Notes under the pieces: generated by a model
Told to the model about the DNA's origin: nothing
Databases searched by the model: none
The model's input: the letters and a program-made list of their open reading frames with translations, nothing else
NCBI GenBank assembly: GCA_964016885.1
Contig: OZ024750.1
Span: forward strand, 13,516,001 to 13,580,000
Length of the DNA: 64,000 nucleotides
Reading direction: 5' to 3'
Origin: Eledone cirrhosa
Taxonomy: Eukaryota
In this document: positions 47,778 to 60,371 of the stretch, piece by piece
Layout: the number at the start of each line of letters is the position of its first letter
Numbering within the stretch: position 1 is the first letter of the stretch
Program-made: the position numbers and the translations under genes

Positions 47778-48139
47778 TATTACTCCAAGTGTTTACAACA
47801 TAGGAATTACAGCATACCCGCAGCATCACTATGAAAACGCCTTGTTGAGTCAAACCAAGCCAAGCGTTAATATCATCCACTACCTGGAATACCATAACTG
47901 GACTTCACCTAAGTGGACTGCATTTAACTATTATTTGTTAATCCGTATATATATATATATATATATCATCATCATCATCGTCAGTGTTTAACGTCTATCC
48001 TCCACACTAGCATGGGTTAGACCGGAATTGTCCCACTTGGGGCAAGATTGATCAGGTGACCGTGTCTCGCTTGTATAGGACTAATATATATTGAGTTAAA
48101 AACTCACAATAGTCCTCTATACAGTATTATATATACACA

Positions 48140-48224
<85 letters not shown>

Positions 48225-48612
48225 GTTTAGTGTTTCTGAAGAAGATGGCCAATTGAACAGGGATTTTGAGACTAGAAATAGGCAGTTGATACATCGATTT
48301 CCAACAATCAATTGACCCTCTGAAATCATTGAAAAACAATGAACTAACTACTACCTACACCTGACTTTTTTTTTTTTTAAATTCTATGCACACACACACA
48401 CTACATATATATATATATACACATATATATACACACATATATATACACACATACATATACACATGTCTTTATACATCAACTCCTATCTTTTTACATATCC
48501 ATCTTTCTATACATCAGTTGTTACATTTGGATACAAACAGATATCTTCTTCATATCAGTTGCTATGGTCCCACACATCTGTAGACATAGAATTAAAGCCC
48601 CCCCCCTCCCCT

Positions 48613-48666
<54 letters not shown>

Positions 48667-50257
48667 TAAAGTTATTTCTTGTTTATCTGTAAACTGGTGA
48701 TGGTGGTGATGGTGGTGGTGGTGATGATGGTAGTGAGGGTGGTGGTGGCAGTGGTGGTACTGATGGTGGCGATGGTAATGGTGGTAGTGGTGAGAGGGTG
48801 TTGGTGGTGGTGGTAGTGATGCTGATGGTGAGGGTGGTGGTGATGCTGATGGTGAGGGTGGTGGTGACGCTGATGGTGGTGGGTGATGGTGAGGGGGTGG
48901 GGGTGGAAGCGGGGGTGGTGGTGGTGGTGGTGGTGATGGTGTTGATGATGGTGAGGTGGTAGTGAAGTTAGTGAGGGTGGTGGTGAAGGTGGTGGTAGTG
49001 AAGGTGGTGGTGGTTTGTGGTGATGGTAGTGAGGGGGAAAGAAAAGAGAGAAAGGAAAAAAAAATAACCCTCACCATCCACCTTGCCTGTTTTTAAGTTT
49101 ACCACTGTTTTTTTTTTTTTTTTTTTTTTTTTTGTTATTAATATTAATGCCTGTCAGCCTCCCAGACTGTGCCAAAAGTTTCCCTGTCTGGCATTATATA
49201 TCTTTCACTGAAAATATAATCTACTCCTACACTGATCAGTTTACACAAATGCTGCTCTCCTTTCTTTCATATATTTCTCCTCACTATCCCTTGCTAGTAT
49301 TTTAACTCTGTCAATTTGACATTAGCGAGTATGAAATGATAAAGAAATATAATATAAGATTATTCGATTGAATAGATGCATGAGTGAGTGATTCAATGTG
49401 TGTTTCCATGGTGACTTTGCTTGTTGCTTGGGTTGAAGTGTTTCACATTAATTTGGGTAAATTGGGGGTATACCGAACAACATGTGGTTAACACATTTTA
49501 ACTGATCATCATCATCATCATCATCATAATTATCACTGCTTCACATTTATTTATTCCACATTGCATGGGATGCATGAGTGATTCAATATGTGTTGCTATG
49601 GGGACTTTGTGTGTTGCTTGGGTTGAAGTGTTTCAAATTAATTTGGTTAAATAGGAATATACCCAACAACACGTGGTTAGCATATTTTAACTGCTCTTCA
49701 TCGCCATTATCATCACTGTTTAATGTTTATTTTCCCATGCTTGCATGAATTAGACTGGCTGTCCACGTTATGAGACAAGTCTGGCCAGTTGGCCGCACCA
49801 TATCTTGCCCAAACAGAACTGTATTTTGGCTGAGGGTGTGTGTGTGTGGGGGTTAAGCTGGATGCCCTTCCTAACACCAACTATGTTTATAGTGCAGTAA
49901 AATAATATTCATAGCTGCTCCATCTTGATATTGACAAAAAGTAAACAGAAAAATGAAATCATCTATTGAGTCAAAAATAGACAAATTAATTTGCCAATCT
50001 ACGATTTGAAATATTGTTCAAATCTTCCATGATTTGTGTTAACAAAAGAATACATATATTATTAAGCTGGTGTGAGTTCAAACCCTGCAGGGGTTAGTTT
50101 TGCCTTTCATCCTTATGGAGTCAATAAAATAAAGTACTAGCAATTCTAAATAATTTAGAAATTAATCAAGAATTTGGGTAAATTTAGAAATATAACTAAC
50201 TTTCTCATTATTAAATTTGTATGTTTAACCTAACTTAACAAATGTTCTTATATAAAA

Positions 50258-50746
50258 CTAGCCGAATTTCCCGCGCCTTGCTGCATTTCACACATTTTTT
50301 TTGTAAGAAAATGATGATTGATTTTAAATCAGTGATATAATTTATGGAGAAAAACTCAGCATTTCAATATTACTCAATGTAAAATGTAATGCAGGAAAAA
50401 TTGGAAAACATAATTTTTTGTAATATATCAAATCAAAATGACATTATTAAATCTTATTCTTATTTTGTTTCTTGTAAATAATTTTTTTCAAAATATCAAT
50501 TCAAAACTTTTGTGAATAGGCATCATATCTTGCCATTTACCTATGGTTTAAATTTCATATAAATCGAAGGGAAAAAATTTTCAGTGGGGGAACCCCTTGA
50601 TTAAAATGAAATATACTTATCCAAGTACCCTGGACAATGTAGTTTCAGAATATATATATGGTTATGGGGGTCTATCTCCAAAACCGTAAGAGGAGTTCGT
50701 GAACAAACAAACAAACAGACAGGAACTCCAACTTTATATATAGAGA
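50258..50746 (-). mobile_element. Non-autonomous Helitron
   Basis: Minus strand starts A|TCTCTATATATAAAG, then (GTTT)n, and ends with GC-rich GCAGCAAGGCGCGGG..CTAG|T; A/T insertion site, no TSD. Confidence 0.85.
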
Positions 50747-52014
50747 TTTATGATGGAAGATTTTAGATCAGGGAACCCTTTTTAGTTCAGAAACTTTGTG
50801 GGGGAAACCCCAAAGTCTAATACTGTTATATTGCCATAATATAAATATACTCCTCTACCTTTTTTCATGGAACGCCAGACAACTCCTTTGCAGAACCCAC
50901 TTTAGGAACCATTGGTTTAGATAAATATGAACACTTTAAAATAAACAATTTTGCCATGTTGAACCAGGGGTGGTTTCACAAAGTTTGGTATGAAAAGGGT
51001 TAGACTATCATTATTTGTGACATTAAAATTGTTATATAATAAAAAGTCACCTATTATAAACCATTTGTAAGTGGAAATGGGTGATGGATAACGATATAAC
51101 CTGACATTCACCAGTATTTCATACATGCAACATCACCAATTAACTACCCTTTTAGCAGAAATAATTAAAATTTCTTTTGAAAGAAAAAATTCCATTCTAC
51201 AATAGTTTTCAGAGTCGACTTGAAATAATAGATAAGTGTTATTTAGTGAAAATGTGTGGCTTAGTGGTAAGGGTGTTGGACTTAATCTTAATGTCATGGG
51301 TTCGATTCCTGGACTAAGTGGTGTGTTCAAGAAAAAAACCAAAACATATTCAATTCTAAGTGTGTCAATCGGTCACACACGACAAGGGTCAACAGAAATT
51401 TTTGAGGCAAGCCAACACACTCACAGCATTACCACATATCTATCATCTGGATGCCATAATATATATCTATCATCTGGATGCCATAAAACCCCGAAAGATT
51501 AGAAAGAATTTGACATTTCATTTGTGTCACCTAATATTACAATGAAATGTTCTACTCCTGTAGATTTTCTGACTTTTCAGTCACATTAAAAGCACTTCAT
51601 TACTTACTTTCTGAATAACTGATGCACTAAATAACATGCAGAATTCTTCTCAGAACTGCACCTTTTTCAAACTTTGTTTCTTGTTCATTTATTTCCATCC
51701 TAAATATTTAATGTTTAACATGTGAAATGTAATATTAACCAGCAAACTAACTTATTCTCCCATCCCACAAGCCATGAACTCAATCTTTTCCATAGTTTCA
51801 AGATTGTTGATACTCTTTAAAATAACCCACATCAATACACATTAATAATTGGTGCAGCAGCCAGTTGATGGTAAATTAAGTTTCTGATCTGGCTTCAATT
51901 CCCAATTGTAGCAACTTTAATAACAAGACTCTCCTATATGTTTATTGTGTGTAAACATATAGTTTATGTTTTCATATACACCCCTATTATGCTCAATGGT
52001 GTCTTAGTACTACA

Positions 52015-52071
<57 letters not shown>

Positions 52072-52169
52072 GTAATAATAATAAATGTGAAGACTAAAAT
52101 CCAAAGAGGGCTCGATAAAGATAATTTATATATAAAAATATATAAAAAAAACCATAGATCAAATATTTG

Positions 52170-52292
52170 TTAAAATAACAGATTAGAGTTTAAGCGAAGA
52201 ATCGCTGCTTCCACCCTTAACAAGAGTTTCAGAAGATCCCGTTAAGGGTGAAAGCAGCGATTCTTTGCTTAAACTTTAATCTGTTATTTTAA
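52170..52292. repeat. Hairpin, 52-bp arms, 19-nt loop
   Basis: 52170-52221 versus 52241-52292, three differences. Confidence 0.9.
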
Positions 52293-52351
52293 TATATATA
52301 TATATATATATATTCTTCTAGTGTGTCCATGTAGGGGCACCCAAAGGAGCA

Positions 52352-52573
52352 CTGAGTGCAATGTCAACTCTGGATGTCGGTGAGCATGACCAGCCAACCT
52401 CAGTCTCCTCTGTGTTATGGACACACTAGAAGAGGAAGACCAAGGTTAACATATGTTGATGCCCTAAGGACAGACACTGGTCTGTTGGAGATGCAGGATA
52501 TGGCAGCGATAATGAGGGACAGAGACCGCTGGAGAGAACTCGTCCATGGATCTTGGGAATTTTACCCGCCTTA
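52352..52573 (+). mobile_element. RTE-like LINE C-terminal fragment
   Basis: RRGRPRLTYVDALRTDTGL..MRDRDRWRELV*. Confidence 0.7.
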
Positions 52574-52579
52574 GATATA

Positions 52580-52637
<58 letters not shown>

Positions 52638-53337
52638 AGTGAAATGACAGGAGGCCAAATTTGTTGAATTTCCTTAATTTTTTATTTCTGCAAACACTAT
52701 GCACATTTCAGTTGCCAGGTTGTGCAAGAACCCGGTGACCTCATCAGGTGTAAATTGTGTAATAGGTGTATACCAACAAAATAACAAAATAACAAAATGA
52801 TGGTAAACTTTAAGGAAACAAGCAAAGAAAAAACAGATAGGAAAAAGTGTGTTTATGTTTTTGACTCAAGAGATGTACGAAGTAGCATGCTGCCACATTG
52901 CTTCCCTGTATGAAGGTCAGCTGGAGCAACACCAGCCAGAAGAAGACATCAGTTCCTATGCAAACAGCACTACCACCAGCATAATGGAGACAGCAGTAAC
53001 AATTGCCGAGAGTGGAACACTACTTAAAGGAGACAAAGCAACTAAGAGAAAAGAGATGACATGTGAAGAGAGGTCAGATAACCAAAATACTGAGTACTTG
53101 TCACATGAAAGAAGACATCAGATGATATGATGAAGCATGGTAGCTCAATACCCAGGGAGAAAATAAAGGATTGAATCCAATCAAAAGGAAGTAGTGTCGA
53201 ACACTTTGTTAGAAGAGAACGGCACACTCATCACTGACCTTAACAGGCTTATAAAATGGTGCAAAGAATTCTAGCAAACTGTACAGCACAAGACAGCCTC
53301 AGGACCAACCATTCTCCAATAATAAAACCTCAAGTAT

Positions 53338-53452
53338 ATGAAGGACTAGCGTCCGAAACGTTAAGACCATCTTCCTGCTATATCAAGCATTAACCTAATA
53401 TATCCCTTCCATATACTGTACCGATTGTGTTGTTATTTCTGTTTACTTTTTA
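53338..53452 (+). mobile_element. Penelope-like pLTR remnant with a 5'-truncated minimal hammerhead
   Basis: ATGA-A-GGAC-TAGC-GTCC-GAAA-CGTT-AAGA followed by the block shared with 28769-28840 and a (TA)n tract. Confidence 0.55.
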
Positions 53453-53459
53453 CATACAT

Positions 53460-53523
<64 letters not shown>

Positions 53524-53530
<7 letters not shown>

Positions 53531-54000
53531 TATGTATACGTACATATATGTATACAGACGTACAGTAGTATGTATATATATACGTACATGCACACATATA
53601 TATATGTACGTATGGACTTACCGAACATTTATTATAATGCTCGGTGCGCCCGGCCGATTAACTCACTCGATATGCAAATTAGGCTGCTCAGCCGTTAATA
53701 TGCATAAGGAAAGTACATACTTTCAGAAGTTCATTCATCTGGCAGGAAGGTATACGGTACTGACAATAGCTAATAAGCTTGAAACTAGTACATCATTCCT
53801 TTGTCAGTGTTGAACAAAAGGGCAATGATGTTTGCTAAACACTGTACGGCTTAATTCGGGATGTTTGTTTACAAACACACTGAGCATTATAATAAATGTT
53901 CAGTAAATCCATACGTATATATATATATGTGTGCATGTATGTATATATATACATACTACTGTACGTCTGTATACATATATGTACGTATACATACTTATAT
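53524..54000. repeat. Fold-back element, about 123-bp inverted arms around a 231-bp spacer
   Basis: 53524-53646 is complementary to 53878-54000. Confidence 0.88.
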
Positions 54001-54053
54001 TTAAGTAACAGCTGTACTAAGAGTGAGAAATGAAACTTTGTTTCATTTTTTCC

Positions 54054-54084
<31 letters not shown>

Positions 54085-54089
<5 letters not shown>

Positions 54090-54539
54090 GTCAATGGAAA
54101 CCGCGGAGTGGGGAGACCCAAGAAGACCTGGGATGAGGTGATAAAAGCCGACCTTACCCAATTACACCTCTCAAAGGCGATTACACACGACCGTGACCTC
54201 TGGCGTCACGCAGTAACGAGTACAAGCTGAAGCATATAGACAATATGCCCCCACACCCTCCCACTGCAGAGTGGTCGTGGAGGTGCCACTGCAAAAAAGC
54301 ACCCAGCCCACACTGTAAAGTGGACGTGTAGGCGCCACAGAAAAAAGCATCCAGCACTCACTGTAAATGAGGTTGGTATTAAGAAGGGCATCCAGCTGTA
54401 GAAATCAAGCCAAAATCAGTTCCTGTATGAGCAAGGCATGGTCAGCCGACCAGACACTGCCCACAACAGGACAACCCATCTAACCCATGCTAGCATGGAA
54501 GAGGGGATGTAAAATGGTGATGATGATGATGATGATGAT
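54085..54539 (+). mobile_element. RTE LINE 3' end, nearly identical to the 6195-6660 copy
   Basis: NRGVGRPKKTWDEVIKADLTQLHLSKA, 3'UTR and (TGA)n tail; between (TA)n tracts. Confidence 0.88.
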
Positions 54540-54602
54540 ATATATATATATAATGACCATTTAATGTCCATTTTTCCATGTGTGCATGGGTATATATTAT
54601 AT

Positions 54603-54949
54603 ACATAATTGTAGTAATGGTTTACACTGCTAAAAATGACTAATTCTTACATACACATATATACACATATTTTCAAGGTTATAAACATATATATACTTAA
54701 CGATTAATATATATTTCTACTCATTCACAAACACATATACACATCTTATTCCTCAATAATAATAATAATAATAATGTGGGTGTGTATATATGTCTCCCTT
54801 GTTTCTTCTGGACACCAACAGAGGGTGTTAGCCCCAGTGTTTTGCATAGCTACGGCTTTCTAAATGTTTATTTATAAACATACTGTATTTCTTTAGAAAT
54901 ATGAAATTTCAATACATATCTGTATACAGCTATACATGAAGCTAAATCC

Positions 54950-54991
<42 letters not shown>

Positions 54992-55162
54992 TTAGAGGGT
55001 CAGACGGCATGCTCTGACGCATAGAGTTACGGCCCTTGCCATTCTGAGTTCAAATCCCGTTGAGGTTAACTTTGCCTTTCATCTTTACGGGGTCGATAAA
55101 ATAAAGTACCAGTAATGTCCTGGGTAATTGCTGGCCTTGTGCCAATAGTAGAAACAATTATA

Positions 55163-55196
<34 letters not shown>

Positions 55197-55397
55197 TAGA
55201 GGAATAAGATGTGTGTATGTGTTTGTGAATGAGTAGAAATATATATTAATCGTTAAGATATAATGTACATTTGATATGCATGTATATGTATATATATATA
55301 TATGTTTATAACCTTGAAAATATGTGTATGTGTGTGTGTGTTTTATTATGAAAGAATTAGTAATTTATAGGAGTGGAAACCATTACAACAATTATGT
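54603..55397. repeat. Diverged inverted repeat (about 150-200-bp arms) enclosing a SINE
   Basis: cttaacgattaatatatatttctactcattcacaaacacat..cacatcttattcctc is mirrored at 55199-55257; the outer arms also match. Confidence 0.8.
54993..55162 (+). mobile_element. MetaSINE-type SINE
   Basis: Family consensus with (ATT)n tail. Confidence 0.8.
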
Positions 55398-55503
55398 TGT
55401 TATTCAATGACAAAAGTTTTCACACCGTGTTGTGTGTCAGTATGTCTGTCTATGTGGCTATAGATAGATAGAGAGATAGATAGATATACATAGATATACA
55501 TAG

Positions 55504-55536
<33 letters not shown>

Positions 55537-55756
55537 TAGATAGATAGATTATTTTTTGTTATATTTTATAACAAAATCCTCTATTGAGGATTTTGTTATA
55601 ATTCTATTTTTTGTTATATTTTATTTTATTTTTATATATTGTTATTGCCTCCTCCCTATTGAGGACGCCTTGTTTTGTAAACTCCCCCCATTGTACTTGT
55701 CCCACTTTTGATGCCCTTGTGGCAAATAAAAGAAACAAAAAAAAAAACAAAAAAAC

Positions 55757-57056
55757 ATAGATATATAGATAGATAGATAGATAGATATATATACACATAG
55801 ATAGATAGATATACATAGATAGATATATATAGATAGATGGATATATACACATAGATAGATGGATATATACACATAGATGGATATATACACATAGATAGAT
55901 GGATATATACATATAGCTAGATAGATGGATATATACACATAGCTAGATAGATGGATATATATAGCTAGATAGATGGATATATACACATAGATAGATGGAT
56001 ATATACACATAGATGGATATATACACATAGATAGATGGATATATACATATAGCTAGATAGATGGATATATACACATAGCTAGATAGATGGATATATATAG
56101 CTAGATAGATGGATATATACACATAGATAGATGGATATATACACACATAGATAGATAGATGGATATATATACACATAGATAGATAGATGGATATATATAC
56201 ACATAGATAGATAGATGGATATATATACACATAGATATATTTCTTTATTTGCCACAAGGGCACAAAAAGATGGGGATACACATAGATAACTTTCTATTTA
56301 TTTGCCACCAGGGCATCAAAGATTGGGACAAATACAAGAGGGGGAGTTTACATACATTTCAAGGGACGTGTAAAAACATATAACAAATCAAATTCAACAA
56401 TCGAAGTCCTCAATAGGGAGGGGGCGTTGACATGGGTCGCACACACCCAATGGAGATACACATAGATAGATAGATAGATGGATATAGATACATAGATATA
56501 TACACATAGATAGATAGATATATACACATAGATAGATAGATAGATGGATATAGATACATAGATAGATATATATATACACATAGATAGATAGATAGATGGA
56601 TATAGATACATAGATACATAGATATATACACATAGATAGATAGATATATACACATAGATAGAGATTGATAGATAGATAGATACATAGATAGATATATATA
56701 TACACATAGATAGATAGATAGATAGATAGATATAGATACATAGATATATACACATAGATAGATAGATATATACACATAGATAGATAGATAGATGGATATA
56801 GATACATAGATAGATATATATATACACATAGATAGATAGATAGATAGATAGATATAGATACATAGATATATACACATAGATAGATAGATATATACACATA
56901 GATAGATAGATAGATGGATATAGATACATAGATAGATATATATATACACATAGATAGATAGATAGATAGATAGATATAGATACATAGATATATACACATA
57001 GATAGATAGATATATACACGTAGATAGAGATTGATAGATAGATAGATAGATATAGA
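55757..57056. repeat. (GATA/TAGA)n-based compound satellite
   Basis: atagatagatggatatatacacatag units. Confidence 0.92.
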
Positions 57057-57480
57057 TTTCTTTATTTGCCACAAGGGCGCACAAGAAAAGGGGAGAATAC
57101 AAAGACACATGCCGGGGATTTTTCATACAATCGTGTAAAAAAATGTAAAACAAACAATTACAACAATCGAAATCCCCAATAGGGGGGAAGCGCCACAAAT
57201 GGGTTGTTTAATACCCTGTAGATAGAACAACCCTCAACTCCAGGAGCGTGTTGTGCAAGTGCTCCTTTCTTCCTTTTGCTCTCTTCCTCAACTTACAGGT
57301 TTATATACAGAGAAGGCCCAATCACTCGAGCCATTTTTGCTTCATTCACCCACCTTTCAGTAAATTTACTGGGGTGCAGTGCCTCTCTCTCAACCCTGGT
57401 TCTCCTTCTAAAGTGATACTTAAAGAAGGGAATCAATTGTTGTCCGGAGAGAAAGGCATCTGTCGTCAGTCCTCTCAACA
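57057..57480 (-). mobile_element. Tx1/L1-clade LINE 3' end (shorter copies at 55643-55745 +, 56240-56280 -, 56291-56450 -)
   Basis: FFKYHFRRRTRVEREALHPSKFTERWV resembles the Tx1 ORF2 terminus; 3'UTR ends ccttgtggcaaataaagaaa. Confidence 0.6.
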
Positions 57481-58264
57481 TAGATGGAGATAGATAGATA
57501 AAACAATATATAGATAAATACAGCAAAACAAAAAAAGTGTATGTAAATGTATTTTCAACAATCATGTGCATTTGTGTATATATGTATGCAAATGTTTGTG
57601 TGCGTGTGTGTGTGGGAATGTGTGTGTGTGTGTGTGTGAGACTATCTGTATCTACATACACCAGTGTGTGTGTGTGTTTAAAAGGAATGTTATCAGCTTT
57701 TACTTGGCAAAAACCTACTATTTAGATTATGTTTCCTTTCCACTAGTTTTAGGCCAGTTATAAGTGTTAATTATAACTGGACATATAATTAAGGGGGGAG
57801 AGAGAGAGAGGAGAGAAGAGAGAGACAGACAGAGAGGGGGGCGAAGGACAGAGAGAAGGCGAGACAGAGGACAGAGAGAAGAGAGACAGACAGAGAAGGA
57901 GGAGGGAGAGACAGAGAGACAGACAAACAAGAACACAGAGGATGACAACGATAAACAAAATATGAACAAAAAAAATACAATACAAAACAAACTCAAGAAA
58001 ATGAAAGAGAAAATATATTGAAAAAAATGTAAAAAGAAAAGTAGAAAATAATAATCAAATTGTAAGGCAAAAGTAAACAAATGATAAAGAGAAAAAAAAC
58101 GAAAAAAATCTTTAAAGAAATCCAACAAAGAATAAAAGAGGCAACATTGACGTAAGAGGGACTGATATATTAGAATATCACATGGGATATTTGATGGAAT
58201 GAAAAAAAGAGGGTGTTTATATGTCTTATGAGAACAGGGATTGGGATCTGGGAAGGTTGCCATG

Positions 58265-58605
58265 AACAGTACATTGGTCAAACAGGTTGGACACAGTGAC
58301 AAAGGATGACAGTACATTGGTCAAACAGATCTGACAATGTGACAAAGGATGACAGTACATTGGTCAAACAGGTCTGACACTGTGACAAAGGATGACAGTA
58401 CATTGGTCAAACAGGTCTGACACTTTGGCAAAGGTAGACAGTACATTGGTCAAACCGGTCTGACACTGTGACAAAGGATGACAGTACATTGGTCAAACAG
58501 ATCTGACACTGTGACAAAGGATGACAATACATTGGTCAAACAGATCTGACACTGTGATAAAGGATGACAGTACATTGGTCAAACAGATCTGACAATGTGA
58601 CAAAA
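58265..58605. repeat. 43-bp minisatellite, about 8 units
   Basis: gacagtacattggtcaaacagatctgacactgtgacaaaggat. Confidence 0.93.
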
Positions 58606-58767
58606 GGGTTAATCAATTTAAATTAAACTGAAATTTTAATTGATTAAAAATTATATGGGGACATGCAGTGTGGAGTCATCCCTTTGGTAAGTCTGGTCCA
58701 AAGCTTGATGAAACATTTTATGACAAAGTAACCCCTAATAGGTCATTAGCTCTATTTACATATTGTT

Positions 58768-58955
58768 TTTTGTTTCTACTTTTGGCACAAGGCCAGCAAT
58801 TTCCCCAGTACATTACTGGTGCTTTATTTTATCGACCCCGTAAGGATGAAAGGCAAAGTTAACCTTGGCAGGATTTGAACTCAGAACTTAAAGGGCCATA
58901 ACTCTATGCTGCAAAGCATGGTGTCTGACGTTCTACCAATACTGCCAAACCACCA
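58768..58955 (-). mobile_element. MetaSINE-type SINE
   Basis: Family consensus; flanking direct repeat ctatttacata. Confidence 0.82.
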
Positions 58956-59334
58956 GCTATTTACATAATATAGTAGATAGCAAGGGAAACTTGAGTTACT
59001 GCTATTGGTGTTAATATTTTATCTACTGTATTATTGAAAACTTAACAGTAGCAACAATAGCATTAACACATGTGGAGAGTTCAGTATATATAAAAAGTAT
59101 GGGTGTGTATTTGTATAATAAACAGACATAGCTCAATGGGTAAGAAGTTCACTTTGCAACTATATGGTTTTGAGTTTGAGACTGCAGTGCAAAATTTTGA
59201 GCAAGCATGTCCTTCTGTAGTCTTGGGTCAACCAAAGTCTTGTCAGGAAAATATGGTAGACAAAAACTGTGTAGAAGTTCATCAGAAAAACTGTTTCTAT
59301 TCTTGGGAGACAGAATTAATAGATCACTCTATGT

Positions 59335-59700
59335 AACACTAGCGCCTGGTCCTTGGTTACAATTTGCAAAGTCCATTCTAGCACCTGGTCCTTGGCTACA
59401 ATTAGCAGAGTCCGTTCAAGCAGAGTCCATTCTAGCACCTTGCTCTTGGCTGTTTTTAACAGAGTCTATTCTAGCACCTTGCTATTGACTGTCTTTAACA
59501 GAGTCTATTCTAGTACCTTGCTATTGACTGTCTTTAGCAGCGTCTATTCTAGCACCTTGCTATTGACTGTCTTTAGCAGAGTCTATTCTAGCACCTTGCT
59601 ATTGACTTAGCAGAGTCTATTCTAGCACCTTACTATTGACTGTCTTTAGCAGAGTCTATTCTAGCACCTTGCTATTGACTGTCTTTAGCAGAGTCCGTTC
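59335..59700. repeat. 39-bp minisatellite, about 9 units
   Basis: ctattctagcaccttgctattgactgtctttagcagagt. Confidence 0.9.
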
Positions 59701-59742
59701 TGTTGCAAGTATCTGCATAACCTCCTTCTTTTCTCCACTTTC

Positions 59743-59883
59743 ATAATTGGTGTTACAAGACAACAGTCTATATAACTAGCTATATAATTGGTGTTACAAG
59801 GCTTCGGTGTATATAACTAGCTATATAATTGGTGTTACAAGACAACAGTCTATATAACTAGCTATATAATTGGTGTTACAAGA
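59743..59883. repeat. 41-bp tandem repeat, about 3.4 units
   Basis: ataattggtgttacaagacaacagtctatataactagctat. Confidence 0.88.
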
Positions 59884-59936
59884 AAGGTATCGGGAGGTTA
59901 GAGAAGGTAAATGGCAAAGCTGCAGAGAGGAAAGTG

Positions 59937-59967
<31 letters not shown>

Positions 59968-60371
59968 ATTGCTGTGCATTTCTGTGTGAAGAAGCAAATA
60001 GAGTAGGTTAAAACAAACTGGGTCACACAGCTGAAAACTATTCAGGAAAAACAAACCAACAAATGAACAATAATGAGGCAGTGAGGGCGATGTGAGGAAG
60101 GGGGGAATATAGAAAGAGTGGAGATAGGATGAGGGGGTGTAGAAGTAGGGAGAGGAGTAGTGGGGGGGGGATTCATTACAAGTAATTATGGTTTATAAAT
60201 GGGTCAATGGTTTGTTAGTGTTTTTTTTTGTATTTGTTATTTATATTTATTCACTAAGAGGGGGAGGGGGCAATTCCATCAATAATAATGCAGGCGCAGT
60301 CAATAGCATTGAACATATTTCATTTTTTTAGTCCAGGATTGTTATGCCATATATATATATATATATATTAT

